Notes: generated by a model not told the origin, from the letters alone. A stretch of DNA of 64,000 bases from Candidatus Uhrbacteria bacterium CG10_big_fil_rev_8_21_14_0_10_48_16 (GCA_002793515.1 PFEU01000018.1:32203-96202), one strand, 5' to 3'; numbered from the stretch's first letter, positions 1-10,146 are shown. Made by a program: numbers and translations.

Positions 1-58
1 AAATGAATGCCGATGCATTCATTCAAGGATATGGCGATATCCACGGAGCGGTGCTGAT

Positions 59-1585
59 CTAAGACTCACGTGACGCCATCACCCCCACGGGTTGCTTTGC
101 CGAGAAAATCTCTTCAATAAAAACAGTACTGCTTGAAACGTGCTGTTTTTTTAATGGAAGGAATGGGATTAAAAAGAGGAGGTACCCGAGCCCGATTGGA
201 TGATTTAAGTACGGGGAGAAAAAATGTGTCGCGAAGAGGAAGACAATCCCTGTCACCAGCGCATGGCCAAGCCAGGCTTGTTGGGTCCAGGTATACGCCC
301 AAAGACGCCGTGTAAGCTCGTAGCCGGCGAATAAGAATCCAATGGGTCCAAGAACCCCCATCTTCAGCCACAGCTCAAGCCAGCCCCATTCCATCGACAC
401 CGTCGTCCACATTCCATCGGGGTTAATCTCACGAGCCCGAGGATCATCTGTCTCAAACGTCACAGACTTCCCGAACCCGTGGCCCAGAAGCGGACTTTCA
501 AAAATCTCGTTCAACATAGGAGTCAAAAGATTCCATCGACTCGAGATTCCTACATCTTGTGAATCGGTTGTCCGATCTTTTAGGGAGTGCATCAGAGAAG
601 CACCTGTCAATCCTTTTCCTGGGAATGGAAACAGCGCGATGGAAACAAGAAGAAAAATACTCAAAGCAACGGTGAGAAACCCAAATCCCGTAAAACGAAC
701 CACCGTCTTGAATGAAGGTTTTACGGATCGATACAAGAGGACAAGAAGGAACACAACAGCAATGAAGAGTCCTACCCAAAAACTTCTGGAAAGCGCGAGG
801 AGAACAACCGCAAAAACAACAGCTCCAAGACCGATGATCCATCCCTTTTTCTGCGCGACACCTGTCATTGCCAAGAGAATCCACCCAAACAAAATCGTGA
901 ATACCTGCGACTGAAGAAAAATTCGATAGGCTCCTCCATCAAGTGCCGTAATCTCAGCCACACGGAGATCGCGAAAGAAGTAATACGTCACCTGCAGGAT
1001 TCCCTCCCCAAAATGGGAGAAAATAAATAGGAGAACAAAAGACAATCCCGCGACCCAAAGCGCCCCCGCCGTAAGAATCTGAAGAAGCTCATGACGATGC
1101 GTGTGCGTCCAAGAAATACTGAGAATCGGAAGCAGATACAATAAATAGAGATACGCATTCCCATCAGAAAATACCGCTGAAGGATCTCGAGACAGAACCC
1201 CAATGATGAGTCCAACAAAAGCGGCGAGTACGAGAAACACAAAGATTTGTGCTCGGCCGTCTTTCAGCACTGGCTTATAGCGTTTTGTGAGCCACCCAAT
1301 CCCCCACCCTGTCATGACCCCAGCAAAGATGGCCATCCGTAACGACACGGTAAATCCAGAGACATCTGTTTGCACAAGGACTCCGTGCGGATTACTAAAG
1401 AGTTCAATGAAGACAAGATAAAGTGCTTTGTCGGGGTGTTTGTACGAAAGGTAAACGCTTGCAAGAGCAATAATCCCCAAGATCATTCCTGAAAATGAGG
1501 AAAGGTATCCTATCAGTCCGAGGACATACAACCCTCCGATCACGAGAAGGGCACGCCAAAATGTATGAGAGAAAAACTGAGACAT
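59..1585 (-). CDS. O-antigen ligase (Wzy_C/WaaL)-like polytopic membrane protein
   Basis: 508 aa with many hydrophobic helices and a large periplasmic loop; sits in a polysaccharide locus next to glycosyltransferases and a flippase. The family call is from topology and context, not a strict motif. Confidence 0.45.
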   Translation of the reverse strand: MSQFFSHTFWRALLVIGGLYVLGLIGYLSSFSGMILGIIALASVYLSYKHPDKALYLVFIELFSNPHGVLVQTDVSGFTVSLRMAIFAGVMTGWGIGWLTKRYKPVLKDGRAQIFVFLVLAAFVGLIIGVLSRDPSAVFSDGNAYLYLLYLLPILSISWTHTHRHELLQILTAGALWVAGLSFVLLFIFSHFGEGILQVTYYFFRDLRVAEITALDGGAYRIFLQSQVFTILFGWILLAMTGVAQKKGWIIGLGAVVFAVVLLALSRSFWVGLFIAVVFLLVLLYRSVKPSFKTVVRFTGFGFLTVALSIFLLVSIALFPFPGKGLTGASLMHSLKDRTTDSQDVGISSRWNLLTPMLNEIFESPLLGHGFGKSVTFETDDPRAREINPDGMWTTVSMEWGWLELWLKMGVLGPIGFLFAGYELTRRLWAYTWTQQAWLGHALVTGIVFLFATHFFSPYLNHPIGLGYLLFLIPFLPLKKQHVSSSTVFIEEIFSAKQPVGVMASRES

Positions 1586-1589
1586 ACCG

Positions 1590-2501
1590 TTACCGAGGTT
1601 TAATAATGGAAGTCACGACGCTCATACACCAGAAGATCGGTTCGCCGAGGAGAAAGATCATACCACCCCACACCCCATAGTGCTTAAACATGTATCGACG
1701 AATGCTTCGACGAAGCATGGCTTGCTTCTTGATCGTCGCCACACGGTCAAAACTCGCTCCTTTTTTGTGCTTTGTATGAATATCTGAAAAATAGCGCACA
1801 CGCCAACCAGCATCCTTCGCCCGCTGGCAATAATCAACCTCCTCATACCACATGAAAAATCCGTCATCGAGAAGCCCAATCTCATCCAACACCTCACGTC
1901 GGATACAGAAGAATGCGCCCATCACTTGATCTACGTCGGCGGACTGCGTGTAGTCAAAATCACGCATAAGCCAGCGCTTCAGCGGGGGGAGATTTGGAAA
2001 TGGATGGTTCAGCTTGAGAAGAAGGAGAATCTGATCGCAAGGTTTGGGGAAAGACCAGACACAGTCTTGTTGAGACCCATCCATATTCTGTAAGGAAATT
2101 CCTCCGATTCCGACCTCAACATGTGTAATCATCTTTGCTTCAATCTGATCGAGCGCGTTATCTTCAAAAAGAATGTCTGGATTCACTAAAACCACGTAAT
2201 CACCGGTTGCGTTCTTGATGGCAAGATTACACCCACCGGCAAATCCAAGATTCTCCTTGCTTATAATCAGATGAACCTGAGGGAAGCGACGCACAAGTTC
2301 ATCCGTTGAATCCCCTGACCCGTTCTCCACGACAAACACCTCAATTTCTTCTTTAGTATGATAGGCGAACAAGGACTCCAGCATCTTAAGCGTGTAGTCC
2401 ATGGTTTTATAGTTGACGGTAACGGTAGAGATCATAGGTGATGTTTGGTTACGATCACGGCGCGTGATGCCTGATAATCTTTCATGCGTTTGGGCATCCA
2501 C
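1590..2501 (-). CDS. glycosyltransferase family 2
   Basis: N-terminal GT-A fold signature (VTVNYKT...VVENGSGDSTDE) with DxD-like acidic motifs. Confidence 0.7.
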   Translation of the reverse strand: MDAQTHERLSGITRRDRNQTSPMISTVTVNYKTMDYTLKMLESLFAYHTKEEIEVFVVENGSGDSTDELVRRFPQVHLIISKENLGFAGGCNLAIKNATGDYVVLVNPDILFEDNALDQIEAKMITHVEVGIGGISLQNMDGSQQDCVWSFPKPCDQILLLLKLNHPFPNLPPLKRWLMRDFDYTQSADVDQVMGAFFCIRREVLDEIGLLDDGFFMWYEEVDYCQRAKDAGWRVRYFSDIHTKHKKGASFDRVATIKKQAMLRRSIRRYMFKHYGVWGGMIFLLGEPIFWCMSVVTSIIKPR

Positions 2502-3136
2502 CCGAGACGGTTCCAGGGAATGTTGTACATCATCTTCGGCATCCAGGTTGAGAGTGCGGGGCGCCCAGTCTCCACAAGAATGCGATACAGTCGTTCATCG
2601 ACAAATATCCCCTTCTTCCCTTGCTCAGACATCGTGAGCCAGAGGTCCCAATCCTGAAAGCGTTTAAGAGCTGGATCAAAGCCAGGAAAGTCTCCTCGAC
2701 GAATAAGCGATGACGTATGGATGTAGTTATTGATTCGCAAGGCCTTTGGATCAAATGTCTTTCCTTGAAACAAGGTCTTCCCCCAGAAAAACGATGCATA
2801 CGCCCAAGACGCATCAGGATGCCCGTTCAATGCCCTCTCGAGAGACTCAAGCATACACGACTCCCCCACCACATCCGCATCCCAAAAGATAACGAGGTCC
2901 CCGGTCGATTCTGCGAACCCAGCATTTCGAGCCATGGGAGCTCCTTGGTTTGCTTGATAGAGATAGGTGATATCAGGCATGTAAGGCTTGAGCACTTCTT
3001 TTGTTCGATCCGTTGACCCATCATCCACGACTATAATCTCGTTTGGTAATCGACTCTGAGCCTTAACCGAATCAAGGACACGAGGTAGTGTCTTTGCATG
3101 CTGATAGGTGGGAATGATGACAGATATTCGATTCAT
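2432..3136 (-). CDS. glycosyltransferase family 2
   Basis: ISVIIPTYQ...EIIVVDDGSTDRT is a classic GT2 N-terminus; the 3' end overlaps the start of the downstream GT2, suggesting an operon. Confidence 0.75.
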   Translation of the reverse strand: MNRISVIIPTYQHAKTLPRVLDSVKAQSRLPNEIIVVDDGSTDRTKEVLKPYMPDITYLYQANQGAPMARNAGFAESTGDLVIFWDADVVGESCMLESLERALNGHPDASWAYASFFWGKTLFQGKTFDPKALRINNYIHTSSLIRRGDFPGFDPALKRFQDWDLWLTMSEQGKKGIFVDERLYRILVETGRPALSTWMPKMMYNIPWNRLGWMPKRMKDYQASRAVIVTKHHL

Positions 3137-4227
3137 AGATACGGATCGAGTTTACTCATCTGTGTTTGGCATAGGAATTGCTTCGCGTGTTCACGCGCCT
3201 GCTGAGAAAATGCCGTTCGCAGTTCCGTGTCACGATAGAGAGCCAGAATCGCGTTCGCAAGTTCTTGCTCCGAATCGTTCTGCAATAGAATTCCGGTCTC
3301 CCCATGAATAACCGCCTCATCAACCCCTTCGATCGATGTACTAATAGACGGGAGTCCCTGCTGACCAGCTTCAATGAATACGAGTCCAAACCCTTCTTTA
3401 TCAATAGGGTCTTTTGAGACAGGTTCTACGAAGACATCGGACTGCGCATACAAAGTTGTCCGCTCCTGATCTGTCACAGCACCATGAAAGATCACCTGTT
3501 CACCAATTCCAAGCGTCTCCACCATCGACCTGAGCGTCTCTTCCATCGGACCGGTCCCAACGATGTGATACGTGAAAGCACGAAGCTCCCCTGTTCCCTT
3601 GAGATGCGCAAGTGCATTTAACACATGCGCGTGCCCCTTTCGCTCTACAAGACGACTGACCGTAAGAAGCTGAAACGTCTCTACATCTGTCTTTTCCTGA
3701 ACAGGCGCAACAATCTCATTCACACAGGGGTACACAACCAAAACCTCTTTTACCCCATAGATTTGGGCAACTTCTCGTGCCAATGCCTGAGAATTCGCAA
3801 CAACAAGATGAGCCCCGTTCAACACCTTACGACTGAGATTTAATTTCCTCGCAGAAGACTGTGCCAAACGCACATCCATCCCATGGACAAACACCACATA
3901 AGGAACGCGTGTGAACATTTTTGCGATCCAGGCGGCTGATCCTATGGGAAGCACATGGCTCGTTAAGATCATGTCGTAACGCGCACGATACTTCCAGAGA
4001 TACTGAACCGTCTTCAGCCAGCGTGGCCACATCCATGTACTCAGGAGCGGTGCACGATAAATGGGATAGCCCGCCGTGGGATCAAACGTGTTCCATAGAG
4101 GATTCGGGTCTGTAAGTACCTCAATTCGATCTTGTAGATGATTTGCAACGGCCTTCAAATAGCGAGCTACCCCTCCCTCTTTGGGTGGGAAATCTGGAGT
4201 CACAAGGAGAATCTTTTTTCCATTCAT
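3133..4227 (-). CDS. glycosyltransferase family 4 (GT-B fold)
   Basis: C-terminal EGFGLVFIEAGQQGLP nucleotide-sugar binding motif typical of GT1/GT4; 364 aa. Confidence 0.7.
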   Translation of the reverse strand: MNGKKILLVTPDFPPKEGGVARYLKAVANHLQDRIEVLTDPNPLWNTFDPTAGYPIYRAPLLSTWMWPRWLKTVQYLWKYRARYDMILTSHVLPIGSAAWIAKMFTRVPYVVFVHGMDVRLAQSSARKLNLSRKVLNGAHLVVANSQALAREVAQIYGVKEVLVVYPCVNEIVAPVQEKTDVETFQLLTVSRLVERKGHAHVLNALAHLKGTGELRAFTYHIVGTGPMEETLRSMVETLGIGEQVIFHGAVTDQERTTLYAQSDVFVEPVSKDPIDKEGFGLVFIEAGQQGLPSISTSIEGVDEAVIHGETGILLQNDSEQELANAILALYRDTELRTAFSQQAREHAKQFLCQTQMSKLDPYL

Positions 4228-5648
4228 ATATTGCGAACGTACGTAAGATCCGACATCTTCAAAGATTTAGTCAAAACGAGCGCTCCAAGATAGACGAGTC
4301 CACCGATAGGAATCACCACTACCCATCCAACCACGGGTTTCAATCCAATTACCACAGCAAGCATCAGCAACCCACTCATGTAAATGGGGAGAATCGTTTT
4401 AAGAAGTACTCTAAGGGAAAAGCTCGGAAGCACAGAACGGACAAAATAGAGACCCGCAAGGAACATGAAGATAAAGCTTACAAGTGCCGCATACACCGCT
4501 CCAAGGATTGCTATGTGAGGAATCAACACAGCGTTGAACACAATATTTATCACCATAGTCAAACCCATAATGGCTGTCTTTGTCGATTGTCGCCCAGAAG
4601 CATTTAACAGAGCACCAATAGGAAAATCGAGAAAAATTGGGATAAGGACAAATATAAGCATCTGCAAGACAACCCCTGCCTCAAGATAATCCTCTCCCGC
4701 TAAAAGAACCGCATCAGGAGCAATGGCATAAATACCAAAAACGATCGGTGCAGAAAGGATCGCCATATACCACATCGAACGCATCAATATGCGCACCAAG
4801 GCTGACTCATCCTTCCCTACCACGGCACTCATCCCTGGGTATAAAGCGGCAATGAATGCGAGAGGAAGAAACTGAAAGGCATAGGTAAACTTATACGCAA
4901 TAGCATAGAGTCCGACCGCTGTGAGATCGAGCATCTTAGAGATAAAGATGGAATCAACATAGGAGTAGACTTTGACAAAGATTGCGGCGAGGGCAAAGGG
5001 AAAAGCGGTTTTTAGAAACCAAAGCGTTTGCGACTTGGACCACGTCGGCAAAAAAACGCGCCATCCAAGTCGTTTTGCGACTTGTACCCCTGCCACGCAG
5101 ACATTGATAAAGCTTCCTCCCATCAATGCCATAATGAGAAGCGGAAGCGAAGGATACAGCCAAAGGACAAGACCCCCAATCAATGCGGTCATCCCCATAC
5201 TCACAAACACTCCAACGGCCTCATATTGAAGGGCTTGAAAACCCCTGAGGACTCCATAGAGAAAGACCTGAAACGCATCTAGCAACAAGACCGCACAAGC
5301 CAACCAAATGAGGAATTGAATCTCTGGATCATATTGAAGAATGTATCCAGATACGATCGCTCCAAGAATGGCGAGGACGATCAAAGGGAATTTCAATCCA
5401 AGAGCGTAAGAAACGAGCTCTCCTGCTCGATTCTTATTTTTAGCTACTTCACGAATAACCACTGAGGTGATCCCAAAATCCGCAACCACAGAGAAAATGA
5501 CTGTGATCGAAATCGCCAAGAAATATTGTCCCGTTGCGTCTGGCGCCATGATTCTGGCGAGGAACAAAAAGTAGACAAAAGCGATTAACTTTTGTCCAAC
5601 AGAGGCGGCGGTTAAATAGAGGGTATTTTTCGCTACTCGATCAGTCAC
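4224..5648 (-). CDS. polysaccharide/oligosaccharide flippase (Wzx, MOP superfamily)
   Basis: 474 aa with about 12-14 TM helices and the N-terminal pattern of Wzx-like flippases; context with GTs and ligase. Confidence 0.6.
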   Translation of the reverse strand: MTDRVAKNTLYLTAASVGQKLIAFVYFLFLARIMAPDATGQYFLAISITVIFSVVADFGITSVVIREVAKNKNRAGELVSYALGLKFPLIVLAILGAIVSGYILQYDPEIQFLIWLACAVLLLDAFQVFLYGVLRGFQALQYEAVGVFVSMGMTALIGGLVLWLYPSLPLLIMALMGGSFINVCVAGVQVAKRLGWRVFLPTWSKSQTLWFLKTAFPFALAAIFVKVYSYVDSIFISKMLDLTAVGLYAIAYKFTYAFQFLPLAFIAALYPGMSAVVGKDESALVRILMRSMWYMAILSAPIVFGIYAIAPDAVLLAGEDYLEAGVVLQMLIFVLIPIFLDFPIGALLNASGRQSTKTAIMGLTMVINIVFNAVLIPHIAILGAVYAALVSFIFMFLAGLYFVRSVLPSFSLRVLLKTILPIYMSGLLMLAVVIGLKPVVGWVVVIPIGGLVYLGALVLTKSLKMSDLTYVRNI

Positions 5649-5674
5649 ACAGGACTATTGTAATGGATTTTCGC

Positions 5675-5712
5675 GAAAAGAAAAAGAAAATCCGCCAGTC
5701 TGATGGCGGAGC
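5675..5712. terminator. hairpin (TCCGCCA-gtctga-TGGCGGA) flanked by an A/T tract; terminator for the minus-strand GC-rich ORF
   Basis: Perfect 7-bp stem seen directly; the U-tract lies on the minus-strand transcript. Confidence 0.5.
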
Positions 5713-5736
5713 GTTGATGTTGGAGTTGGGAGCGTG

Positions 5737-6732
5737 CTACTCGTCTTCGAACTCCTCGGGGTCCTCAATCTCGACGATCGGGGACTTCGTGTGATGTCCT
5801 CGCCGAGCGAGTTCTGCCAGATCGACGGGCTTGAGGTCGACGAGATCCGGAGCGGCCATCATGGTGAGACCTTCTCCACCACCTTCCCGCAGACCCGCCA
5901 TCAGATTCTGGAGCGGATCCAGACCGAGGTTGGTGTGCCCTACCCGATCGAGGTCGTAGCCGAAGTCCCTGAGCTGACCAGAGACGAAGGCGTCCTGTGC
6001 GTACGTCGCCTTCCAGAGGCTGTGCAGGAGCTCGCCGAAGTACGTGTCGACGATCGTGATCAGCTGATCCCAGTGATCTCCGCCCGATTCCCACGGATCC
6101 ACCTCGGGGATGGGTTCGGTGGGCATGGTGGGATCTGAGGAGTATCCATGCTCATGCAGGTAGTGCTTGATCTTGGCGAATGGCCAGTTCTTGGCCTTCC
6201 ACATGTCCCATTCGTGGTGAAGTCGGGACGTAGAACTTCCCCGGGTGGGAAGCACTCCACGAACGCCTTCCTTGGTGACAACACCCATCATCTCGACGAA
6301 GGTTCCCTCGCGAGGAGGAGCGAGGACTGAGAGAGCTTGGCAACCCTTCTTGAGCCGACCGCTCGCGTCGTAGCGAACGTCGAGGCCTCCCTCCGCACTC
6401 GGAACGAACTTCGGGGCGGGCACATCGAGCGCACCCATCATGGTTCGGTTTATCCTCTTGGCGAAGAGACGCCTGAGGGTCGTCTCCGTGGCCGGGCTGA
6501 CCAGGAATTCCCAGCGGTCGGTGATGATGCCGGGGGTGATCTCCTGCTTCGTGACCGTCAGGCGGACACTCAGCGTGGCGGGAACGAGGAGCCCTCCGGG
6601 CTCCAGTCGGACCGTTCCGATTCCGAGCCTGCGGGCGAGATCGAGATCGTACTTGATCTCCTTTCGCCCACTGGATGCCTCGACCTGAGGTCGAAGCGAG
6701 ACCCTTGCGATGTGAACGGGGGGTTGAGTCAT
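5737..6732 (-). CDS. hypothetical protein, GC-rich insertion (about 60% GC vs about 46% backbone)
   Basis: Long ORF with strong coding periodicity. The ORF-track start at 6753 is a TTG. A canonical SD (GAAGGAGGTG) precedes the ATG at 6732, so MTQPPVHIARV... is the likely N-terminus. No family recognised. Confidence 0.5.
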   Translation of the reverse strand: MTQPPVHIARVSLRPQVEASSGRKEIKYDLDLARRLGIGTVRLEPGGLLVPATLSVRLTVTKQEITPGIITDRWEFLVSPATETTLRRLFAKRINRTMMGALDVPAPKFVPSAEGGLDVRYDASGRLKKGCQALSVLAPPREGTFVEMMGVVTKEGVRGVLPTRGSSTSRLHHEWDMWKAKNWPFAKIKHYLHEHGYSSDPTMPTEPIPEVDPWESGGDHWDQLITIVDTYFGELLHSLWKATYAQDAFVSGQLRDFGYDLDRVGHTNLGLDPLQNLMAGLREGGGEGLTMMAAPDLVDLKPVDLAELARRGHHTKSPIVEIEDPEEFEDE

Positions 6733-6780
6733 GTGTTCACCTCCTTCGCGCAAAATTTAAGCATAAATAGGAAACAAAGT

Positions 6781-6808
6781 CAAAGCCAGGGAGTAATCCC
6801 TGGCTTTG
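6781..6808. terminator. perfect hairpin CAAAGCCAGGGA-gtaa-TCCCTGGCTTTG, bidirectional terminator downstream of rpsI
   Basis: 12-bp perfect stem with a 4-nt loop and flanking A/T runs. Confidence 0.6.
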
Positions 6809-6825
6809 AAAATTGAATTGATTGT

Positions 6826-7230
6826 TTATCGCTTTGACCACTGTCCTGAACGTCGAGCTGACTTCTTTCCTGGCTTTTTTCGCTCCTTCACTCGTGGATC
6901 ACGAGTCACGAATCCGGCTTTCTTGAGTGTTGCTCGAAATTCTGGATTGAACTCCATGAGCGCTCGAGTGATTCCCAACCGGATAGCATCAGCCTGTCCG
7001 TGGATTCCACCTCCTGTCACATGCACGGTAATATCGAAAACGTTATCCATCCCTGTTTCACGAAGCGGAGCCTTTACCGCCTGTTGCATGATTTCGATTG
7101 GCAAGTATTCTTCTAACTCGCGCTCAAAAATCTTGATAGATCCAGATCCACCATTATGTAGACGAACACGAGCAACGGCTTGCTTTCGTCGTCCGATGGC
7201 TTCAATATATTTGATTTCGTTGGTACTCAT
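6826..7230 (-). CDS. rpsI: 30S ribosomal protein S9
   Basis: 134 aa with the basic C-terminal ...KKPGKKSARRSGQWSKR end characteristic of S9; follows rplM. Confidence 0.93.
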   Translation of the reverse strand: MSTNEIKYIEAIGRRKQAVARVRLHNGGSGSIKIFERELEEYLPIEIMQQAVKAPLRETGMDNVFDITVHVTGGGIHGQADAIRLGITRALMEFNPEFRATLKKAGFVTRDPRVKERKKPGKKSARRSGQWSKR

Positions 7231-7235
7231 ATCAG

Positions 7236-7595
7236 CTAGTTCGTTACGACAAGACGCTTTAGACGCTCGTTGCGGTGCTTGTTCTTTGGAAGCATACGAG
7301 ATACCGCTCGTCGAAGAACTTCACCAGGATCTTCATTCCAAACCTTACTCATTTTTTTCTCACGCAACCCTTGCGCGTATTCTGTGTGGTGATAATAAAC
7401 TTTTTGATCCATTTTCTTTCCCGTGACAACCATTTTGCTTGCATTGAGAACCTGAACATGATCTCCATCATCAATGTGAGGAGTGTAGGTAGACTTGTGC
7501 TTTCCAATCAAAAGTCTTGCAATCTCTGTGGCGAGACGACCAGGAGCTTTTCCTTCCGCATCAAGTGTGTGAATTTCTCGTGACATAACATTCAT
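7236..7595 (-). CDS. rplM: 50S ribosomal protein L13
   Basis: 119 aa L13-like sequence; conserved rplM-rpsI pair. Confidence 0.9.
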   Translation of the reverse strand: MNVMSREIHTLDAEGKAPGRLATEIARLLIGKHKSTYTPHIDDGDHVQVLNASKMVVTGKKMDQKVYYHHTEYAQGLREKKMSKVWNEDPGEVLRRAVSRMLPKNKHRNERLKRLVVTN

Positions 7596-7598
7596 AAA

Positions 7599-7949
7599 CT
7601 AGACAAGTTCAATCTGAACCATATCAGCCCCATCGTTCTTACGAGGTCCGATGTTGATGATTCTTGTATATCCACCTGGACGATTCTCGTAACGTACAGC
7701 GAGAACATCGAAAATTTTGTTGACAGGATGATCGGTGTAGAAAAAACTAAGAAGCTTTCGTCGAGAAGCAAGTGTCTGTGTTTTTCCAGAAGTGATAGCC
7801 TTTTCCACGAGAGGCTTGACCGCCTTTGCTTTCGCTTGGGTGGTGGTTACCTTTTCATGCAAAATGACACTTGCGGCAAGATTTCTAAGCAAGGCTTCTC
7901 GAGGAGCCTTCTCTCTTCCCAATTTTGTCTCTTTCTTTCGATGACGCAT
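7599..7949 (-). CDS. rplQ: 50S ribosomal protein L17
   Basis: 116 aa, MRHRKK...LGR...RNLA...YTRI L17 signature; directly downstream of rpoA. Confidence 0.9.
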   Translation of the reverse strand: MRHRKKETKLGREKAPREALLRNLAASVILHEKVTTTQAKAKAVKPLVEKAITSGKTQTLASRRKLLSFFYTDHPVNKIFDVLAVRYENRPGGYTRIINIGPRKNDGADMVQIELV

Positions 7950-7955
7950 ATAATT

Positions 7956-8708
7956 CTATTCCTCCGAAATTTCAGCCGTCCCAGCTTCTTCAAATGATTC
8001 AGCAGGTAAAGATGATGCCTGATTATTTGTCAAAATTGAGAAGTAGTCAATAAGAATCTTTGCAGACTCCTCAACTGCTTCCTTTGGAGTAATTGTTCCG
8101 TCTGTCTCTATATTCATGATCAACCGGTCGTAGTTGGTAATTTCACCAACACGTGTATTCTCAACTCGGTAGCCTACATTTCGTACAGGAGAGAACAGCG
8201 CATCGATTGAAATCGTTCCGAGATCTCGATTTTCTTCATTCGCTCGATCCTCACTTGTTGTATATCCACGCCCTCTTCGAACTGTGAGCTCCATCTCTAA
8301 TGAAGCACTATCCTCTGTAATTGTTGCGAGAACGAGGTCTGTATTGATGATTTCAACATCCGCATTTGGGGCAATATCTCCAGCGGTAACAACCTTTGAT
8401 CCGGAAACACTCAACGTAAGCTTTACTGGTTCGTCGGAAAAACATTTAAGACGAAGGGACTTGATATTAAGGATCATCTCGAGAGCATCTTCCTTCACTC
8501 CCTTTACCGCCTGAAACTCGTGGTTAACTCCCTTAATTTTGACAGCTGTGACAGCAGCTCCCGGAAGCGTTGATAAAAGGACACGTCGTAACGCGTTTCC
8601 TAAGGTTGTCCCGTATCCATAAAAACAAGGGTCAATGGTAAGAACGCCCTCATTTGCGCGTTCACCGTCCTCGTATTGAATACGTGATGGAAGAAGAATG
8701 TTCTCCAT
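7956..8708 (-). CDS. rpoA: DNA-directed RNA polymerase alpha subunit (N-terminal domain only, no alpha-CTD)
   Basis: 250 aa matching the alpha-NTD dimerisation/assembly domain; the ORF ends 7 nt before rplQ with no room for a CTD. Confidence 0.85.
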   Translation of the reverse strand: MENILLPSRIQYEDGERANEGVLTIDPCFYGYGTTLGNALRRVLLSTLPGAAVTAVKIKGVNHEFQAVKGVKEDALEMILNIKSLRLKCFSDEPVKLTLSVSGSKVVTAGDIAPNADVEIINTDLVLATITEDSASLEMELTVRRGRGYTTSEDRANEENRDLGTISIDALFSPVRNVGYRVENTRVGEITNYDRLIMNIETDGTITPKEAVEESAKILIDYFSILTNNQASSLPAESFEEAGTAEISEE

Positions 8709-8732
8709 ACTGGAAAGATTTAAAAATGATGA

Positions 8733-9347
8733 TTATCGAGAGTAAAACTCAACGATGAATGTTGGATCAAAACCTTGTTTGAGATCCTCGCCTTCTGGGA
8801 TCGCTGTAATCTTTCCAGTCATGGTCTTCTCATCTCGTGAAATCCAGCTTGGGAGAGTTCCCAGATTCATAGCCTCAGGGATTACTTTGATAATACCCTT
8901 TTCAACCTTTGAAGCCTTCACGGTAATCACATCACCTACGGACACAATAAAGGATGGAATATCAACACGCGCACCATTTACCTGAATAAATCCATGACTA
9001 ACCATCTGACGAGACTGTCGGCGAGTTCTTGCCCAACCGAGTCGGTAAATCACGTTATCAAGTCTGGTTTCAAGAAGTTGAACGAGGTTTTCAGCTGTAT
9101 TGCCTTCTCTTCGTGTTGCTTTCTCGAAATATCCAGCAAATTGCTTCTCCATCACCCCGTAAATCGCCTTCGCTTTCTGCTTTTCTTTTAATTGTTCACC
9201 AAAAGAAGAGAGTCGTGGACGACGACGAGCCTGTTTCGGACCATGTACACCAGGTGGATATGGACGTCGTTTAACGTACTTTTCCTTACCTAAAGTAATG
9301 CCTAATCGGCGAGAGAGTTTTACAATGGGAGTTCGCTTCGTTGCCAT
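8733..9347 (-). CDS. rpsD: 30S ribosomal protein S4
   Basis: 204 aa, LSRRLG...EKQ...YG...S4 domain; operon position between rpsK and rpoA. Confidence 0.9.
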   Translation of the reverse strand: MATKRTPIVKLSRRLGITLGKEKYVKRRPYPPGVHGPKQARRRPRLSSFGEQLKEKQKAKAIYGVMEKQFAGYFEKATRREGNTAENLVQLLETRLDNVIYRLGWARTRRQSRQMVSHGFIQVNGARVDIPSFIVSVGDVITVKASKVEKGIIKVIPEAMNLGTLPSWISRDEKTMTGKITAIPEGEDLKQGFDPTFIVEFYSR

Positions 9348-9350
9348 ATT

Positions 9351-9749
9351 CTAGACGCGACGTGGTTTAGGTTGACGACAGCCGTTATGTGGAAGAGGAG
9401 TGATGTCCTTAATAGCAAGAACCTGAAATCCATTTGCGTTAAGCGCACGGATTGCAGAGTCACGACCTGATCCGACTCCTTTTACAAAGACGTTAAGTTC
9501 TTTCAAACCTGTATCTTTTACCCGTTCAGCAGCATTCTTTACGACAATACTTGCTGCATAGGGAGTAGACTTCTTTGGTCCTTTAAATCCACAGTTTCCT
9601 GCGCTTGACCATCCAAGTGCATTTCCATTCAAGTCCGTAAGGGTCACAATCGTATTGTTATACGTTGACTGAATATAAGCACAGCCCTGTGACACTTGTC
9701 GGGCGACTTTTTTCTTTGCACGTGATTTTGAGTTGCTCTGAACAGCCAT
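9351..9749 (-). CDS. rpsK: 30S ribosomal protein S11
   Basis: C-terminal ...TPLPHNGCRQPKPRRV and GSGRDSAIRAL motifs of S11. Confidence 0.92.
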   Translation of the reverse strand: MAVQSNSKSRAKKKVARQVSQGCAYIQSTYNNTIVTLTDLNGNALGWSSAGNCGFKGPKKSTPYAASIVVKNAAERVKDTGLKELNVFVKGVGSGRDSAIRALNANGFQVLAIKDITPLPHNGCRQPKPRRV

Positions 9750-9754
9750 AAAGT

Positions 9755-10141
9755 TTAGGTCTTTGTAAGAGTTCGACGTCCACTACCAGTTGTTTTACGG
9801 ACATTTCCACGAACCGTTCGTGAATTGGATTTAGTTCGTTGACCTCGAGATGGCAACCCTTTTGTATGTCGAGACCCACGATAAGAAGAAATTTCCTTTA
9901 AGCGCTTAATGCTGGATGTTTTATCTCTACGCAAATCCCCTTCGAGTCGATAATTTTTCTCAAGGATTGTTCGTAGACTGTTTACTTGATCATCTGAAAG
10001 ATCCTTTGTCCGAATCGTTTCATCAATACCGGCTTCTTTGAGAACCTTTTTTGATGTGGTCAGACCGACACCAAAAACATAGGTCAAAGCAATGACGATG
10101 TGTTTATCCATTGGAATGTTGACTCCTGCAATACGTGCCAT
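9755..10141 (-). CDS. rpsM: 30S ribosomal protein S13
   Basis: [10 protein letters not shown]... N-terminus canonical for S13. Confidence 0.92.
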   Translation of the reverse strand: MARIAGVNIPMDKHIVIALTYVFGVGLTTSKKVLKEAGIDETIRTKDLSDDQVNSLRTILEKNYRLEGDLRRDKTSSIKRLKEISSYRGSRHTKGLPSRGQRTKSNSRTVRGNVRKTTGSGRRTLTKT

Positions 10142-10146
10142 ATGTT

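Noticed and set aside
342-914. 190-aa plus-strand ORF inside the ligase-like gene
   Set aside because: Antisense to a long membrane-protein ORF; no motifs; basic low-complexity translation.
5765-6816. Several 60-160 aa ORFs on both strands (5765-6094, 6060-6284, 6337-6816, 6440-6688) inside or antisense to the GC-rich gene
   Set aside because: High GC suppresses stops; they overlap a long ORF with better periodicity and an SD.
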